Part shown: positions 24,454 to 37,223 of the stretch, piece after piece
Numbering within the stretch: position 1 is the first letter of the stretch
Layout of the letters: each line of letters begins with the position of its first letter
Origin: Isurus oxyrinchus
Taxonomy: Eukaryota
NCBI GenBank assembly: GCA_026770705.1
Contig: JANJGN010000026.1
Coordinates: 37,510,001 to 37,574,000 of the forward strand
Reading direction: 5' to 3'
DNA: 64,000 bases
The notes under the pieces: generated by a model
The model's database searches: none
What the model was told of the DNA's origin: nothing
The model's input: only the letters and a program-made list of their open reading frames with translations
Position numbers and translations under genes: made by a program

Positions 24454-24789
24454 CTTGTTTTGAGCATTCACTGACCTGGGAGTGCTTGATGGGGAACTGA
24501 AGGGGAAACTTTACTCTGTATCTAACCTGTGTTGTGCCCAGTAGCGAGGATTTGATGTCGCAATGCCAAATGATCTTTCCCTCTATCTAACCTCTGCTGT
24601 CCCGGCCTTTGGATGATTGATTGGACAATATAGAAACTCTGAATCTAACCCGTGCTGTACGTGCTTGGGTGTTTTTCATGTGGCAATGTAGATGGAATTT
24701 TATATTATTAATGTAGCTCCATGTTGCACCTGCCTGGGAGTGTTTGATGGAGCCATAGGCCCTGCCCGGGAAATTGCAGGTCGATTAGC

Positions 24790-26170
24790 CCGACCTCAGT
24801 CATTGGCAAGATTTTAAAGGCCATTATTAAGGATGAGATTTCAGAATACTTAGAAGTGCATGGTAAAATCGGGCAAAGTCAGCATAGTTTCATCAAGGGG
24901 AGGTCATGCCTGACAAATCTGTTAGCATTCCTTGAGGAGGTAATGAGTAGGCTAGACAAAGGAAAGCCAATAGATGTTATCTACTTGGACTTCCAGAAGG
25001 CCTTTGACAAGGTGCCGCACAGGAGGCTGCTCAGTAAAATAAGAGCCCATGGTGTTAAAGGCAAGGTAATAGCATGGATAGAAGACTGGCTGTCTGGCAG
25101 CAGGCAGAGAGTGGGGATAAGGGGGGCTTTCTCAGGATGGCAGCCGGTGACTAGTGGAGTTCCGCAGGCGTCAGTGTTGGGACCACAACTTCTCACTTTA
25201 TACATTAATGATCTAGATGAAGGAACTGAGGGCATCCTGGCTAAGTTTACACATGATACAAAGATAGGTGGAGGGACACGCAGTATTGATGAGGCGGGGA
25301 GGCTGCAGAAGGATTTGGACAGGTTAGGAGAATGGGCAAAGAAGTGGCAGATGGAATACAACGTGGGCAAGTGTGAGGTCATGCACTTTGGTAGGAAGAA
25401 TAGAGGCATAGACTATTTTCTAAATGGGGAGAGAATTCAGAAATCTGGAGTGCAAAGGGACTTGGGAGTCCTAGTCCAGGTTTCTCTTAAGGTTAACTTG
25501 CAGGTCAATGCAGTAGTTAGGAAGGCAAATGCAACGCTGGCATTTATTTCGATAGGACTAGAATTTAAAAGCAGGGATGTGCTGCTGAGGCTTTATAAGG
25601 CTCTGGTCAGACCACATTTAGAATATTGTGAGCAATTTGGGGCCCCATATTTCAGGAAGGATGTGCTGGCCCTGAAGAGGGTGCAGAGGAGGTTCACGAG
25701 AATGATCCCAGGAATGAAAGGCTTAACATATGAGGAACGTTTGAGGACTCTGGGTCTATATTCGATGGAGTTTAGAAGGATGAGGGGGGATCTGATTGAA
25801 ACTTACAGAATACTGAAAGGCCTGGATCGAGTGGATGTGGGGAAGATGTTGCCATTAGTAGGAGGGACTAGGAGCCGAGGGCACAGCCTCAGAGTAACCT
25901 TTTAGAACAGAGATGAGGAGAAACTTCTTTAGCCAGAGAGTGGTGAATCTATGGAATTCATTGCCACACAAGGCTGTGGAGGCCAGGTCATTGAGAGTAT
26001 TTAAGAACGAGATAGATAGGTTCTTGATTGGTAAGGAGATCAAAGGTTACGGGGAGAAGGCGGGAGAATGGGGTTGAGAAACTTATTGGCCATGATTGAA
26101 TGGCGGAGCAGACTCGATGGGCCGAATGGTTTAATTTCTGCTCCTATGTCTTATAATCTTATCGTCTTAT
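24790..26170 (+). mobile_element. CR1 LINE, 5'-truncated (RT ORF 24856-25905)
   Basis: DFQKAFDKVPH, SGVPQASVLGP, FTHD (degenerate FADD); TCTTAT tail. Confidence 0.95.
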
Positions 26171-26329
26171 GTCCCTGCATTACACTAGGTGGTGTCTAAC
26201 CGCATCGAGGCCGTGCTGTACCTGCCCTGGGAGTATTTAATGTGGCAATGGAGAGGGAGCTTTAAATTCTGTGCCTAGCTCCATGCTGCATCTGCCCTGG
26301 GAGTGTTTGATGGGACAGTAGACCCCGTG

Positions 26330-26805
26330 TCAATATTGCACTCGACCGTGAACCTGTCCCTGCTTATATTACACCGACCAGGTCCTGTCTCATTTTATAT
26401 TACACTAGACGCTGTCTCAGTTTGCATTACAGTAGGCCCTGTCACAGTTTATATTCCTCTCGCCATGTCTCTGTTTATATTATACTCGACATGTCTCTGT
26501 TTACACAGCACATGACACTGTCTCTGTTTATACCACACTAGACTCTGTCTTTGTTTGTATTACATTAGGCTCTCGCCCTGTTTATATCGCACTCGATATG
26601 TTTCTGTTTATATTACACTCGACATGTCTCTGTTTATATTATACTAGACATGTCTCTCTTTATAATACACTAGACCTTGTCTCTGTTTATATTCATCTAG
26701 ACCTGACTCTGTATTGAAGTAGGTGTTGCCTCAGTTCTGCACTAGATCATGTTTGTATCTAAATTACATTAGACCCTGCCTCAATTATTATTGCACTGCA
26801 CAATG
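26330..26805. repeat. ~26-bp minisatellite (TGTCTCTGTTTATATTACACTAGAC)
   Basis: Many diverged tandem copies; related on the opposite strand to the 20723-21215 array. Confidence 0.8.
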
Positions 26806-27764
26806 TGGAGATTGGTTGGGGTGGAAATAGTAAAGATAAAATAGCAAGATGGTGGGAACAGTAATAATGCTAAAATTCTTTAGAGAACAATTAGCATGGG
26901 TGCCTTTTTCGATGTTGTGACCTGTCCTCCCTGCATCCCAGATTTTTGTTCATAAACTGCAGATCTCTCTTATCTTGCAGCTGTTTAAATTAAAGCATTT
27001 AGCATCTATTTTCAGGGCCTAGTGCGATGAAGTAAGGGAATATACTAATGCATTATAAACAGAGAACAATTACATAAATAACTCAGACAGAGTCTAGTGT
27101 TACAGAAACAGAGACATGGACTAGAGCAGTAACAATGAATCAGGCCCAGCATAATATGAGCAGAGACATGGCGAAGTGCAACAATTTTGACACCCAATGC
27201 CCTGAAGTCCCACAGAACCAGATAAGATATGGGTGGAGATACGTCTTGGTGATTACCACTTATTGCCCTCACTCAGCTGATGAACATGTACTCCTTCATC
27301 TTTAGCACTGCTTGGAAGAAACACTGAAGGTAGCAAGGGCAATGAATGTGCCGTGGATTTGCAAAGTCAATTACCACTTGACAGGACCTCTTGTGACCAA
27401 GCTGGATGAGTCTTGAATGATGTATCTGCCAGACTGGACCTGCCACAGATGGTGATAGAGCCAACATGAAGGAAAACCTTACCTGATCTCCGGCCCATCA
27501 CACTATTGATATAGGTTAGAGTGACACGTGCGCTGTCCTTCCAGAAACCAAGGCTGCTCTTCACATTGAGCACATTCTCCATTGTGTTCTGCGGCACTGC
27601 CACTGTGCTTAACGGGATACATTCAGAACAGTTCCAGCAGCTCAAAACTTGGCATTTACGAGATGCTGGTGGCCATCAGCAGCAGAATAATTGCATTCAA
27701 TCACATCCTGTAATCTCATGGACCAGAATATCCCTCATTCACACTTTGGTGTGCCTGTCCACAG

Positions 27765-28440
27765 ATCCATGAAAGTAGCAGGGAAGGGAGATAAGGTTGT
27801 TAAGAAGGCATATGGGGTACATGCTTTTATTAGGTGAGGTGTAAAATACCGGAAAAGGGAGGTTATGCTGGAACTGCATAAAATGCTGCTTAGGCCGCAG
27901 CTGGAGTTCTGCGTGCAGTTACCAAACTATAGGAAGGATGTGATTTCACTGGAGAAGGTGCAGAGGAGATTTGCCAGGATGCTGCCTTGGCCGGAGGATC
28001 TGAGCTATGAGGAAATGTTGAATAGGCTGGCGTTGTTTTCTTTGGAGCAGGGAAGGCTGAGAATGGACCTGATAGGGGTGTGGAAGGCTATGAGCGGCAT
28101 AGATGGAGTGGATAGCAAGGCACTTATTTCCCTTAGTAAAAGGGTCAATAACCAGGGTGCAAAGATTTAAAGTAAGAGGTAGAAGGCTAAGAGGGGATTT
28201 GAGGATAATGTTTTTCACCCAGAGGGTGGTAGGAATCTGGAAAACACTGCCTGAAAGGGTGGTAGAGTCAGAAATTCTCGTAACATTTTAGAAGTGTTCA
28301 GATATTCACGCGCATTACTGTAGTCTCTAGGGCTAAGGCCAAGCACTAAACAATGGGATTAGTATCGTCAGATCTTTGTTGACCTGCGGGGACACGGTGG
28401 GCCAACTGGCCTCCTTCTGTGGAGTAAACGTCTACAAGTC
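27765..28440 (+). mobile_element. CR1 LINE 3' fragment
   Basis: LLRPQLEFCVQ, VQRRFARMLP, FFTQRVVGIW. Confidence 0.88.
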
Positions 28441-29039
28441 TCTGAGCCTAACATCCAGGCTGGGGACAATGAGGAATGTGGAACCACAGGTCAGAAGCAA
28501 CACCAGGCATACCTGAAAATGATGAACCAAAGTGTGAAGCAAGAACACCGTAAATAATGGACAACAGATCAAATCCGTCCCCTTGCCTCTCATTGTCTAC
28601 TCTTGACCATCAATAAAGTGATTGAAGGTGTCGCCAATCTGCTCACCAAGGCTCAGACTGGATCCACCCGGATCAGCCAGCTTCAAAGCTCAGTGTAAAC
28701 TTAGTCTGAACATGAAAAAGAGAGCTAACTCCCGGCGATGATCTACGAGTGTTTTAGTAATTTGTGTTAAAGTAGTGTTTGACTGAGTGTGTCATAAAGA
28801 AGCCTTGAAAGGAGTCACCGCAATGAGAATCAGGGGAAGTCTCTCCACTGATTGGAGTCACGCCGAGCGCACATGAAGATGTTGTGGTTGTTGGAGACCA
28901 ATCATCTCAGCACCAGGACATCATTCCAGGAGTCCGTCAGAGAAATGTCCTTAGCCCAACCATCTTGACTTACAATATTGTCTCTCCATCTCACAGACAC
29001 ATGGCGTAATGCAGCTATAATTTAAACAGGAGCACAGAT

Positions 29040-29175
29040 AAAAGTAAAATACAGCGGATGCTGGAAATCTGAAATTAAAACAGAAAATGCTGGAAAAACA
29101 CAGCAGGTCTGACAGCATCTGTGGAGGGAAAAACAGAGTTAAACTTTCGAGTCAGTATGACTCTTCTTCAGAGGC
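29040..29175 (-). mobile_element. Penelope-like terminal fragment carrying hammerhead-like motif
   Basis: Same GGATGCTGGAAATC...CAGCAGGTCTG.CAGCATC text as 5150-5270; minus strand CTGAAGAAGAGTCATACTGACTCGAAA. Confidence 0.7.
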
Positions 29176-29424
29176 ATAGTCTAGTGTCGTAGTTACAATG
29201 ACCCGGTCTGGTGTAATATAGACATTTTTGAGATCTAATATGATATAAACGGAAACAGGGTCCAGTGCGATACAAACGGAAAAGGCTTCTAGTGGAATAT
29301 TAATGAGTAATGGTCTATTTTGATACAAACAGAGGTCTGATCTAGTACAATGGAAATGAGGTAGTGCCGAGTGCATTCATAATCGAAACAGAATCCTGTA
29401 TAACATGGGCGAGATGATCGTACA

Positions 29425-29970
29425 GTGGGGACGTCACTGGATTAGAAACCCAGAGATTAGTAACCCAGATCTTTGCTCCGGGGATAGGGGTTTGAATCCC
29501 GTTATGGGTCCCGCATGTAAAATTTAAATTCAATTAATAAATCTGGAATTGAAAACTCGTCTCAATAATGGTGACCAAGAAACTAAAATCGATCATCTTA
29601 AACATCCATCTGGTTCACTGATGTCCTTTAGGGAAGGAAATCTGCCGTCCTTACCTCGTGTGGCCTACTTTTTTTGTTCATGGGAACGGGGATAACATTG
29701 GCTCGGCCAGCATTTATTGACATCGCTAATTTCCCTTGAGAACAGTGTGGTTCATTAGGCTATGTAAGTGTGAACCAAATTGTTGTGGATCTGGAGTCAT
29801 ACATAGTCCAGACCAGGTGAAGTTAGTGAGCCAGATGGGCTTTTATGACAATGGTCTCATGGTCATCATTAGACATTTGAATTCAAATTTCACCATCTGC
29901 CGTGGTGGGATTCAAACCCAGATCCCAAGCCATTTAATAGCCCAGTGAGGATACCACTACACCACCGCCT
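29425..29970. mobile_element. Two tRNA-derived shark SINE fragments in opposite orientation
   Basis: GTCACTGGA..AG.AACCCAGAG...GGGTTTGAATCCC box-B-like head; same family at 33905, 39060, 58055, 63870. Confidence 0.7.
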
Positions 29971-30999
29971 CCCATACATATAACTCCAGACCCACAATTT
30001 TGTGGAGCTCTATTCTTCAGTTCTTTGTTTAATTGTCGATGACCATTAATGACTGGATGCGACAGGACTGCAGAGTAGATCCGATCTGTTGGATGTGGGA
30101 TCTTCGAGACCGTGGTAGACAAATATTGGTATTGACAGGTGTAGTATTAATTGAAACAGGGCGCAGTGAAATATAAACAAGAGGTAGTGTTTAGTCCAAC
30201 ATATGTATAGATGGAGACCAAATTAAAAAGACAGGGACAGGGTGCAGTGCAGTGTCAATTGACACAATGCATGTTTCATATCCTGTGTCCGTCGAGATTT
30301 CAAGTCCATCTGCTGGCCAAACTCTGCAATTGCAGCTACTGTGAAAATATCGCTGTCAGGTCTGATCTTTGATATTACTGTATCAAGAATCCACTTCACC
30401 AGATTTCGTACCACATTGCCTTCTGCGGGGGCTGTCAAAATTTAGCAAAATACAACTAATTGCAGATAAACGTGGTTAATTACCGCACGTTAAGATCAGC
30501 ACCAGAGCAAAGTGGCTCAATTCCTAGTGGTGCATCTCTGTTCATCTTGATTAAAGGGATGGATGGTGACCAGGCGCTGTACAGACACCATGGGAACTTT
30601 AATGTCCACCTCAACAAACATAGTGTTGTGGGGAGTTTCATGATACTAAAAACAGTTAGGGTCATTTAATTCGATAGTTAAGTGTTACAGAGCCTCCCAG
30701 GGAGTCCAAATGGGTTTTTAAGTTGAAGTACAAGATGCCACCTTGATCTGTGTGTATTTGAGGGAGAGGGAGAGAAAGAGGGAGGAGCACATCATATTGT
30801 TTGCATCTAAATTTCACGAAGATCCTGGACAACCTTCCATCTATAAAAGGCCACAGACACACAAAGGAAACAAATCCATTTCAGATGTGCTGGTGGCTGA
30901 GGAGGCCAATTGTTGTGAAGCAGGTTTTGCCAGAAGTGCTGCTCATGAAGCTACAAAGTGGCATTGTGGGTTTTTTTTTGGCGCTAGCCTCGATTGCTA

Positions 31000-32200
31000 A
31001 TCTGCTTTAGCCGCTGGTCATCACGGTGGTTCATGCCAACCCACAGGAGGTTTCGCCATTTTCCTCAGTCGTCCGTTAGTTACACTCAGTTGTGATAATC
31101 GATATTTAGGGCCTTCACTTCGAGCATCCTTGAAGCGGAGCGTTGGGCGTCCGACTGGTTGTCTGGCTCTGGCTACATCACCAGACAGAAAATCGTTGTG
31201 TATGTGACCAACTTCAATCCTGCGGACGTTCCTAAGCCACAAAAACCGCCTCTGCTTGATGAATTTTGCCGCCTTGGGAGCTGTTCCTTTGACAGTACCA
31301 CTGCATTCGTGACTTTATCCTGCCAGTACATACCCATAATGCGCAGAAGGCAGTGAAGATGGAAATTGTGGAGCTTCTTTTCTTGATAGCTGTAAGTAGT
31401 TCATGTTTCATCGCGACACAGCAAGGTGCTAAGTACACAGGCCTTACAAACCATCAGCTTGGACCTAAGTGTCAATTTGATGTTATTCTAGGGGCGTTTC
31501 ATGAGTCAGCCAAACGTGGCAGCTGCTTTCCCCGTTCGGGTATCAAGCTCTAAAGCAAGGAACAGGCTGCATGTCATCGTGGAACCCAGGGGGCTGATTT
31601 TTTTTTCCATGTGGGTGGTATTTAGTGTGACCAATGGCGGAACTGCAACCCCTTGCCCAAGACCACGGTTTTCTTCATGCGTATAGTCAGGGAGAACAAG
31701 GGACAAGCATAGAAGAGTAATTTCATGAGTCTTTGTGGATAAGTTTCCGTTTTGATGATGGAGTTATCAGCATAGAGGTATTCTCTGATCAGGACTCAAT
31801 GTATTTTTGTCTTCACTTTCAGTCTTATAGATTGCAGAGTTTGCGGTCTGACTGAGTGTGTAAGTCGACTCCTTCTATATCGACAGGGAAGGCAAAGATC
31901 AAAAGCATGGAGAAAAAGATGCCAAAAAGATTGGGGCTAGGACACAGGCCTGTTTCACTCCATTCTTCACTCCTAATCTGTCGGAAGTGGAATCATCAAT
32001 CTGTACAGTACAATACATGTTATCATGGAAGGAGTGAATGAGACTGAGGAGCTTAGCTGAACATCCAATTTTCCCCAAAACTTTGTTGATTCCTGTTCTG
32101 CTGTTGGCATCGAACATTTGGAGCAGATCATGTCCAGAGTACACAACACAAGTACCACACTGTGCTTCGGCCTGCAAGTAGCTGAAGTCTTTAAAGTATG
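31000..32200 (-). mobile_element. RTE-clade LINE remnant
   Basis: GVKQACVLAPIF, ELDTRTGKAAATFG, RQPVGRPTLRFKD motifs typical of RTE ORFs. Confidence 0.82.
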
Positions 32201-32389
32201 ACCCAAGCAAAGGCTTTCCCCATGAATCTATGAATGAGATATACCTGTAGTTATTCGGCTTTGTTTCCGGCAAGTGTGATGATTTTTGCATTATGCATCT
32301 TCTGTGATCTCCTGAATGGATCGTGTCTTTCAGCAAAGAAGGAGAAGGTCATACAGGCTGAGAAAAATAAGTAATTGTAAACATCACTT

Positions 32390-33020
32390 ATTATCAATTC
32401 ACCACGACACGAAATAATTATATTCACGAATTCATTCCAATTCACAAAGATAAATTCACCAATTATCATCTACTCACAAAGATAAATAATTATATTCACC
32501 AATTATCATCAATACACGAAGGTAAAAAATCATATTCACCAATTATCATATATTTGCAAAGATAAATAATCATATTCACCAATTATCATCAACCCACAAA
32601 GATAAATAATTATAATCACCAATTATCGGCAGTTTGCAAAGATAAATAGTTATATTGACCAATTATCATCAGTTCGAAAAGGTAAATAGTTATATTCACC
32701 AATTATCATCAACCCATAAAGATAAATAATTATAATCACCAAATTTCATAAATTCACAATGGTAAATTATTATATTCACCAATTATCATCAATTACCAAA
32801 GATAAATAACTAGATTCACCAATTATCATCAATGCACGAAGGTAAATAATCATATTCACCAATTATCATCAACCCACAAAGATAGGTAATTATAATCACC
32901 AATTATCATAAATTCACAAAGATAAATTATTAAATTTACCAATTATCAGCAATTCACAAAGGTAAATAGTTATATTCACCAGTTATCAATTCATAAAGAT
33001 AAATAATTAGATTGACCAAC
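32390..33020. repeat. AT-rich 40-bp tandem repeat (AATTATCATCAATTCACAAAGATAAATAATTATATTCACC), ~15 copies
   Basis: Exact 40-bp period from 32461 onward. Confidence 0.93.
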
Positions 33021-33904
33021 TGTTTTTAGCAATTTAGTTCATATAAAATGTAATCGCGGTTTATTTAATATCATTAACATTGATTGAGGTCATATTGACC
33101 ATTCTGTCAGCAAAGAATCACATCTGTCCCAGAAATCCAGTGGGAAATAGAATTAAATCAGACCGAGGGTAATGAGCAGCTACCCAGCAGCCTCTGCGCT
33201 TTACTGACAAGTAATCACCTCATCATCACACAGAAACTCCTGATATACAACTGGAGCGTGTGAAGATTTGTAAAGTGATGGTATAAAAAAAAACTACCTG
33301 GACCTGACGTTAAGGCAATATATATACATTAACTCCAGATTTGTTATTTCCCTCGTTTGGAAGGTAATGGAACATTCGTGGCTCTCCGGAGAGTTTCACA
33401 CAATTTCTGTTCCCACAGTAATAATGTTTAACCTGCTACCTTCACTAATTTGGCTGAGGTTATGTTGAATGTTTTGTTGTGCATGAAAGGACCACATGTT
33501 CCAAAGATTACAATCCTCCTCCCTAAACAGAATTATGTATCAGCTTTCTGTCTTAAAGATGAGGTTTGTCCATCAGCAGAGCAGAATCATCAGTACCGCA
33601 GCGACATCTCCAGCTTCCTCTTGGACACGTTTACCTCGATAGTTCCCAATAGCCCGGGGATGGAATTCATCCGGAAAATCTGGAAGGACTGAAAGTATTA
33701 GACTGACACAAATTAAATACAGGACCTGCTTCAAGGTATGAAGTAGTCAAGCAGAAAGTTGAGAATGGAGAACAACATCTTTCAGGCGCAGCTATCGATA
33801 CATCGATCAATCCATTCATTGATTCCTTTATCAAAATAGTCAGGCTTCACACTTTCATTCATTACTGCATCACCGCAGCCAACCCTCCTTTCTTTGGCAG
33901 ACGG

Positions 33905-34260
33905 GGGTGTTGTAGTAATGTCACTGGACTAGTAATCCAGAGACTCAAGCGATTCTTCTGTGGACACGAATTCAAATCCCACCATGGCAGGGAGTGGAAT
34001 TCAATAATAAATCTGAGATTGAAAACTGGTCCCAGTGAAGGGAGCCGTGAAACTGTAATCGATTGTGGGGAATAAACTCATCTGGTTCACAAATGCCCTT
34101 TAGATAAAGAATTCTGCCACCCTACACGTGATTCCAGAACCACAGCAACATGGTCGACTCTAACAGCCTTCTGAAATGACCCAGCAAGGCACTCAGTTCA
34201 AGTGCAATTAGGGACAGGGAACAAATGCCTTGCCAGCGACTTTCACATCCCGTGAAAGAG
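33905..34260 (+). mobile_element. tRNA-derived SINE
   Basis: GGTGTTGTAGTAATGTCACTGGACTAGTAATCCAGAG...TTCAAATCCCACCATGGCAG head; tail CACATCCCGTGAAAGA. Confidence 0.75.
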
Positions 34261-36074
34261 TAAAGGGGCAAAAAATCACGCAAACATATATGCTTATCCA
34301 TTACAAAATGTGTCCTCTCCCTAAGTCCCCTCTGCTAGTATGTCTATATTTCTTTCTATCCATTCATCTATCCATCACAATAATATGTTGGAGAGATCCT
34401 CCAATGAGCCATTGATGCCAACAAGGTGTCAGAGAAGCCGGATAACTTTCCTTTCCTGGGAGATTGGAATAGTTCATATAGGTTCGCAACTTAAAAAATA
34501 GAACTGACTCCAGTGTTGTTGCTGGGTAGATTTGTTATAAGTAGGACTTGTTGACAATGTTAAGGGTTTGAAGTTGGCTTGCAGCCAAGCGGCTAGTACT
34601 GAGGAAACAGATCTTTCATTTACTGCACAAACCCCCAGGTGCTTCCTGTAAATAACCTTGGACATTCGAGCGTCCCTGACTGCAGCCGGCTGGCTTACTG
34701 CCAAATACTGTGTGGGGCAGATTAGCCTGGATATGAATGAACAAAATGGGATTTAGCCATTCAAAAATAAATATTTCGGCCGCACATGAAATGTGCATTT
34801 TAAATGGTATTTCAACCAAGGAAATATTTGAATGAATGCCGTGTTCACTATGAGATTACGCACGATCAGGAAATAGTAAGTTGACTATATACTATTTAAT
34901 TTATATTACTTCTAAGTAAAGGGCATCCCAGTTATTAAAGCCTGTTTATTAATAACTTCATGGAGTGCGAGAGAGCGATTTTGATGGTCCCAAATCCACA
35001 ATCTAATGCGATGACTAGAATGGCAAAAAATTAAAAGAAAATCATGGAATTGCCTTGAACCCGCAGGAATTCCTTGAATACTCTCCGCGTTGTACACCTT
35101 ATTTAACCTGAGGGGTCTCTTAAACCTGATTAGCACCGTGAACTGTCCACAGAACCATAGAACCATAGAACATTACAGTACAGAAAACAGGCCATTCGAC
35201 CCTTCTAGTCTGTGCCGAAATATTATTCCGCTAGTCCAGTTTAATTTTTGATGATTTCGATTATATAACAGTCCCTCTCATAGCTCCCTATGTGTGGAGA
35301 AATGACCAGTTCATGACCTCTATCAGTGGAAAATAAAGCATTTATTCTTGTGATATTGTGTAATATGCCGCAAAGCCCTGATACCCTGCATTCCCAATAC
35401 CAGTGAATGGCAGACAGCCGGTATCCAAGTAAATTAAAAGCAATGATTTGGATGCTGAAGGATAACTTTGCTGATCTCCGTGTCCGTTCTGATTCATTAA
35501 TTTTTGTGTGTCAAAAGTTGTAAATTTTACATTTCTCCGTCAACTCACTGTTTGATTATCAGGCAGGTGGGCTTCTTTTACCGCTAATTTTCACATGGCT
35601 GTCTTAGGGTCAGGAGCAGTTCGACAAATGCAAGGAGAGACGTTGTATAATGTGAGAAGATTCTTCTTATCTCCGGACCCAAATTGTGCAGCAATAGCCA
35701 CCCACACAGTAAATAGAATCACCTTGTTCATCCCCGCATTTAGTTACATAAATCAATATCAGTTCCCATGACTGATGAAACTTAATTACTGTAAGGAGAT
35801 AGAGACCCGGAGTCGCTGCAAAACAGACTGACAGTCCCTTTATTCCCTGATGATGTAATTTATTTTTTTAGATTCAACCCCTTGTGAAATAGCGTAGAAA
35901 TAAACGGGCTTAATTTTCAATGGAATTAGTTTTTTTATTAACAGATGTTCAACTGAAATTTCACTATTAGAATCTCGGGAGACATTACAGTGAATCCATT
36001 CAGCCATACAGATAAAATGTCCACTTTTAACAATAACCTGTTGTCAATATCTGAGTCCATTCTGTTGGGGATAT

Positions 36075-36170
36075 GGAAGGGAGGGCGTGGATCCAGTCGC
36101 CGCCTCCACCAGGGTATCAACAGACGGCGCCTGGAAACCCGCCCTCTTCTGCCGGGTATTTAAATGCCGC
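36075..36170 (+). promoter_or_regulatory. Putative IGHV promoter (GC boxes, TATA-like TATTTAAA at 36157-36164, no octamer)
   Basis: GGGCGTGG and CCCGCCC boxes plus TATTTAAA ~95 bp upstream of the leader ATG; no ATGCAAAT, as expected for shark VH promoters. Confidence 0.55.
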
Positions 36171-36255
36171 TCACTGGGACCGGAATCCAACAGTCCGGCA
36201 GCTGGTTTGTTCACTGAGTTGTGTACAGAACCATTTTCCCCAAATGGCCAGAAGG

Positions 36256-36734
36256 ATGAGGCCGGCGATTTCTCTCAGTTTGTTGCTGACTTTCTTATCC
36301 CGTGAGTAGTTTTATTGTCCAAATCTCTCACTGTTACTGTCTCAGTGTTAGCCTCTCTCTGGAATGTGACAGAGTCAGGAATCATTTCGCCAGGATTAAT
36401 CCTCGGGGTTTTTGATATGTTTTTACAGGTGTGCAGTCGGATGTTGTGTTCACTCAGCCAGAGGCACAGACCGGGCGTCCCGGAGGCTCCCTGAGACTGA
36501 CCTGTGAAACCAGTGGGATCACGCTTAGTAAAACTTACATGTACTGGGTCCGACAGGTTCCTGAAAACGGGCTGGAGTGTCTTCTTGAGTACTATAGCTC
36601 GACAAGCTATACCTACGCCCCAGCAATTAAGAATCGATTTACGGCGTCCAAAGACACTTCAACGAACATCTTCTCCTTGGACATGACGAACCTGAAGATT
36701 GAAGACACCGCCATCTATTACTGTGCAAGAGACA
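36256..36734 (+). CDS. IGHV: Immunoglobulin heavy-chain V segment, shark IgM-type, intact (leader 36256-36301, intron 36302-36428, V exon 36429-36734)
   Basis: [45 protein letters not shown]...[20 protein letters not shown]...[40 protein letters not shown]; GT-AG phase-1 intron. Confidence 0.96.
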
Positions 36735-36773
36735 CACAGCGAGAGGAACCAGGGCTGGACCCGAACAAGAACA
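36735..36773 (+). other. 23-RSS of IGHV
   Basis: CACAGCG-23-ACAAGAACA. Confidence 0.92.
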
Positions 36774-37132
36774 GTTCGAGAGGGACTCAGCAACTTCCAT
36801 CATAACCTGACGGTCAGTGCTTGATTTAACTGTAATGATCCGAACCAGACCATGAACCGCTTCTGACAAAAGTACAACAGCGAATTTAGTAAAACCTAAC
36901 AAACCAATCGATATAATGAGCTGAGCTTTTGGCTGTGTTTAATTTATATTTACTGTTAACAGCTTCCACAAATACAGACCTGGATATAATGCTCATTTTG
37001 CTATGTCTAATACTTGGAGGGTGTCTCCTTTCGTTTCCTTTAGTAAATTGTTGCATTAGTTCTAAATTAGATCATAAGTAAACGTCTATTTGAAGTGAAT
37101 AATGAGTGACCTATTGAACAGAGAGTGGGTGC

Positions 37133-37160
37133 AGTTTTAGTGCTGGTGTATTTCACAGTG
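37133..37160 (-). other. 12-RSS 5' of the D-J segment
   Basis: AGTTTTAGT (37133-37141) + 12-bp spacer + CACAGTG (37154-37160), 359 bp after the VH RSS. Confidence 0.85.
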
Positions 37161-37223
37161 CAGGCACAAGTGCTCTCGATCGCGACTACTGGGGACAAGG
37201 GACCATGGTGACAGTGACTGCAC
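37161..37223 (+). CDS. IGHJ: Pre-joined D-JH segment (GTSALDRDYWGQGTMVTVTA) with phase-1 donor
   Basis: GACTACTGGGGACAAGGGACCATGGTGACAGTGACTGCAC|GTAAG is a shark JH (WGxG). Only 23 nt separate it from the 12-RSS heptamer, with no D 3' RSS or JH 23-RSS in between. Confidence 0.9.

Noticed and set aside
32390-33020. Regular 40-bp repeats resembling a CRISPR array
   Set aside because: Head-to-tail repeats without unique spacers, vertebrate context, no cas genes.
33450-35166. Short ORFs upstream of the VH as possible gene remnants
   Set aside because: No recognisable motif or consistent exon structure by eye; a translated search would be needed.
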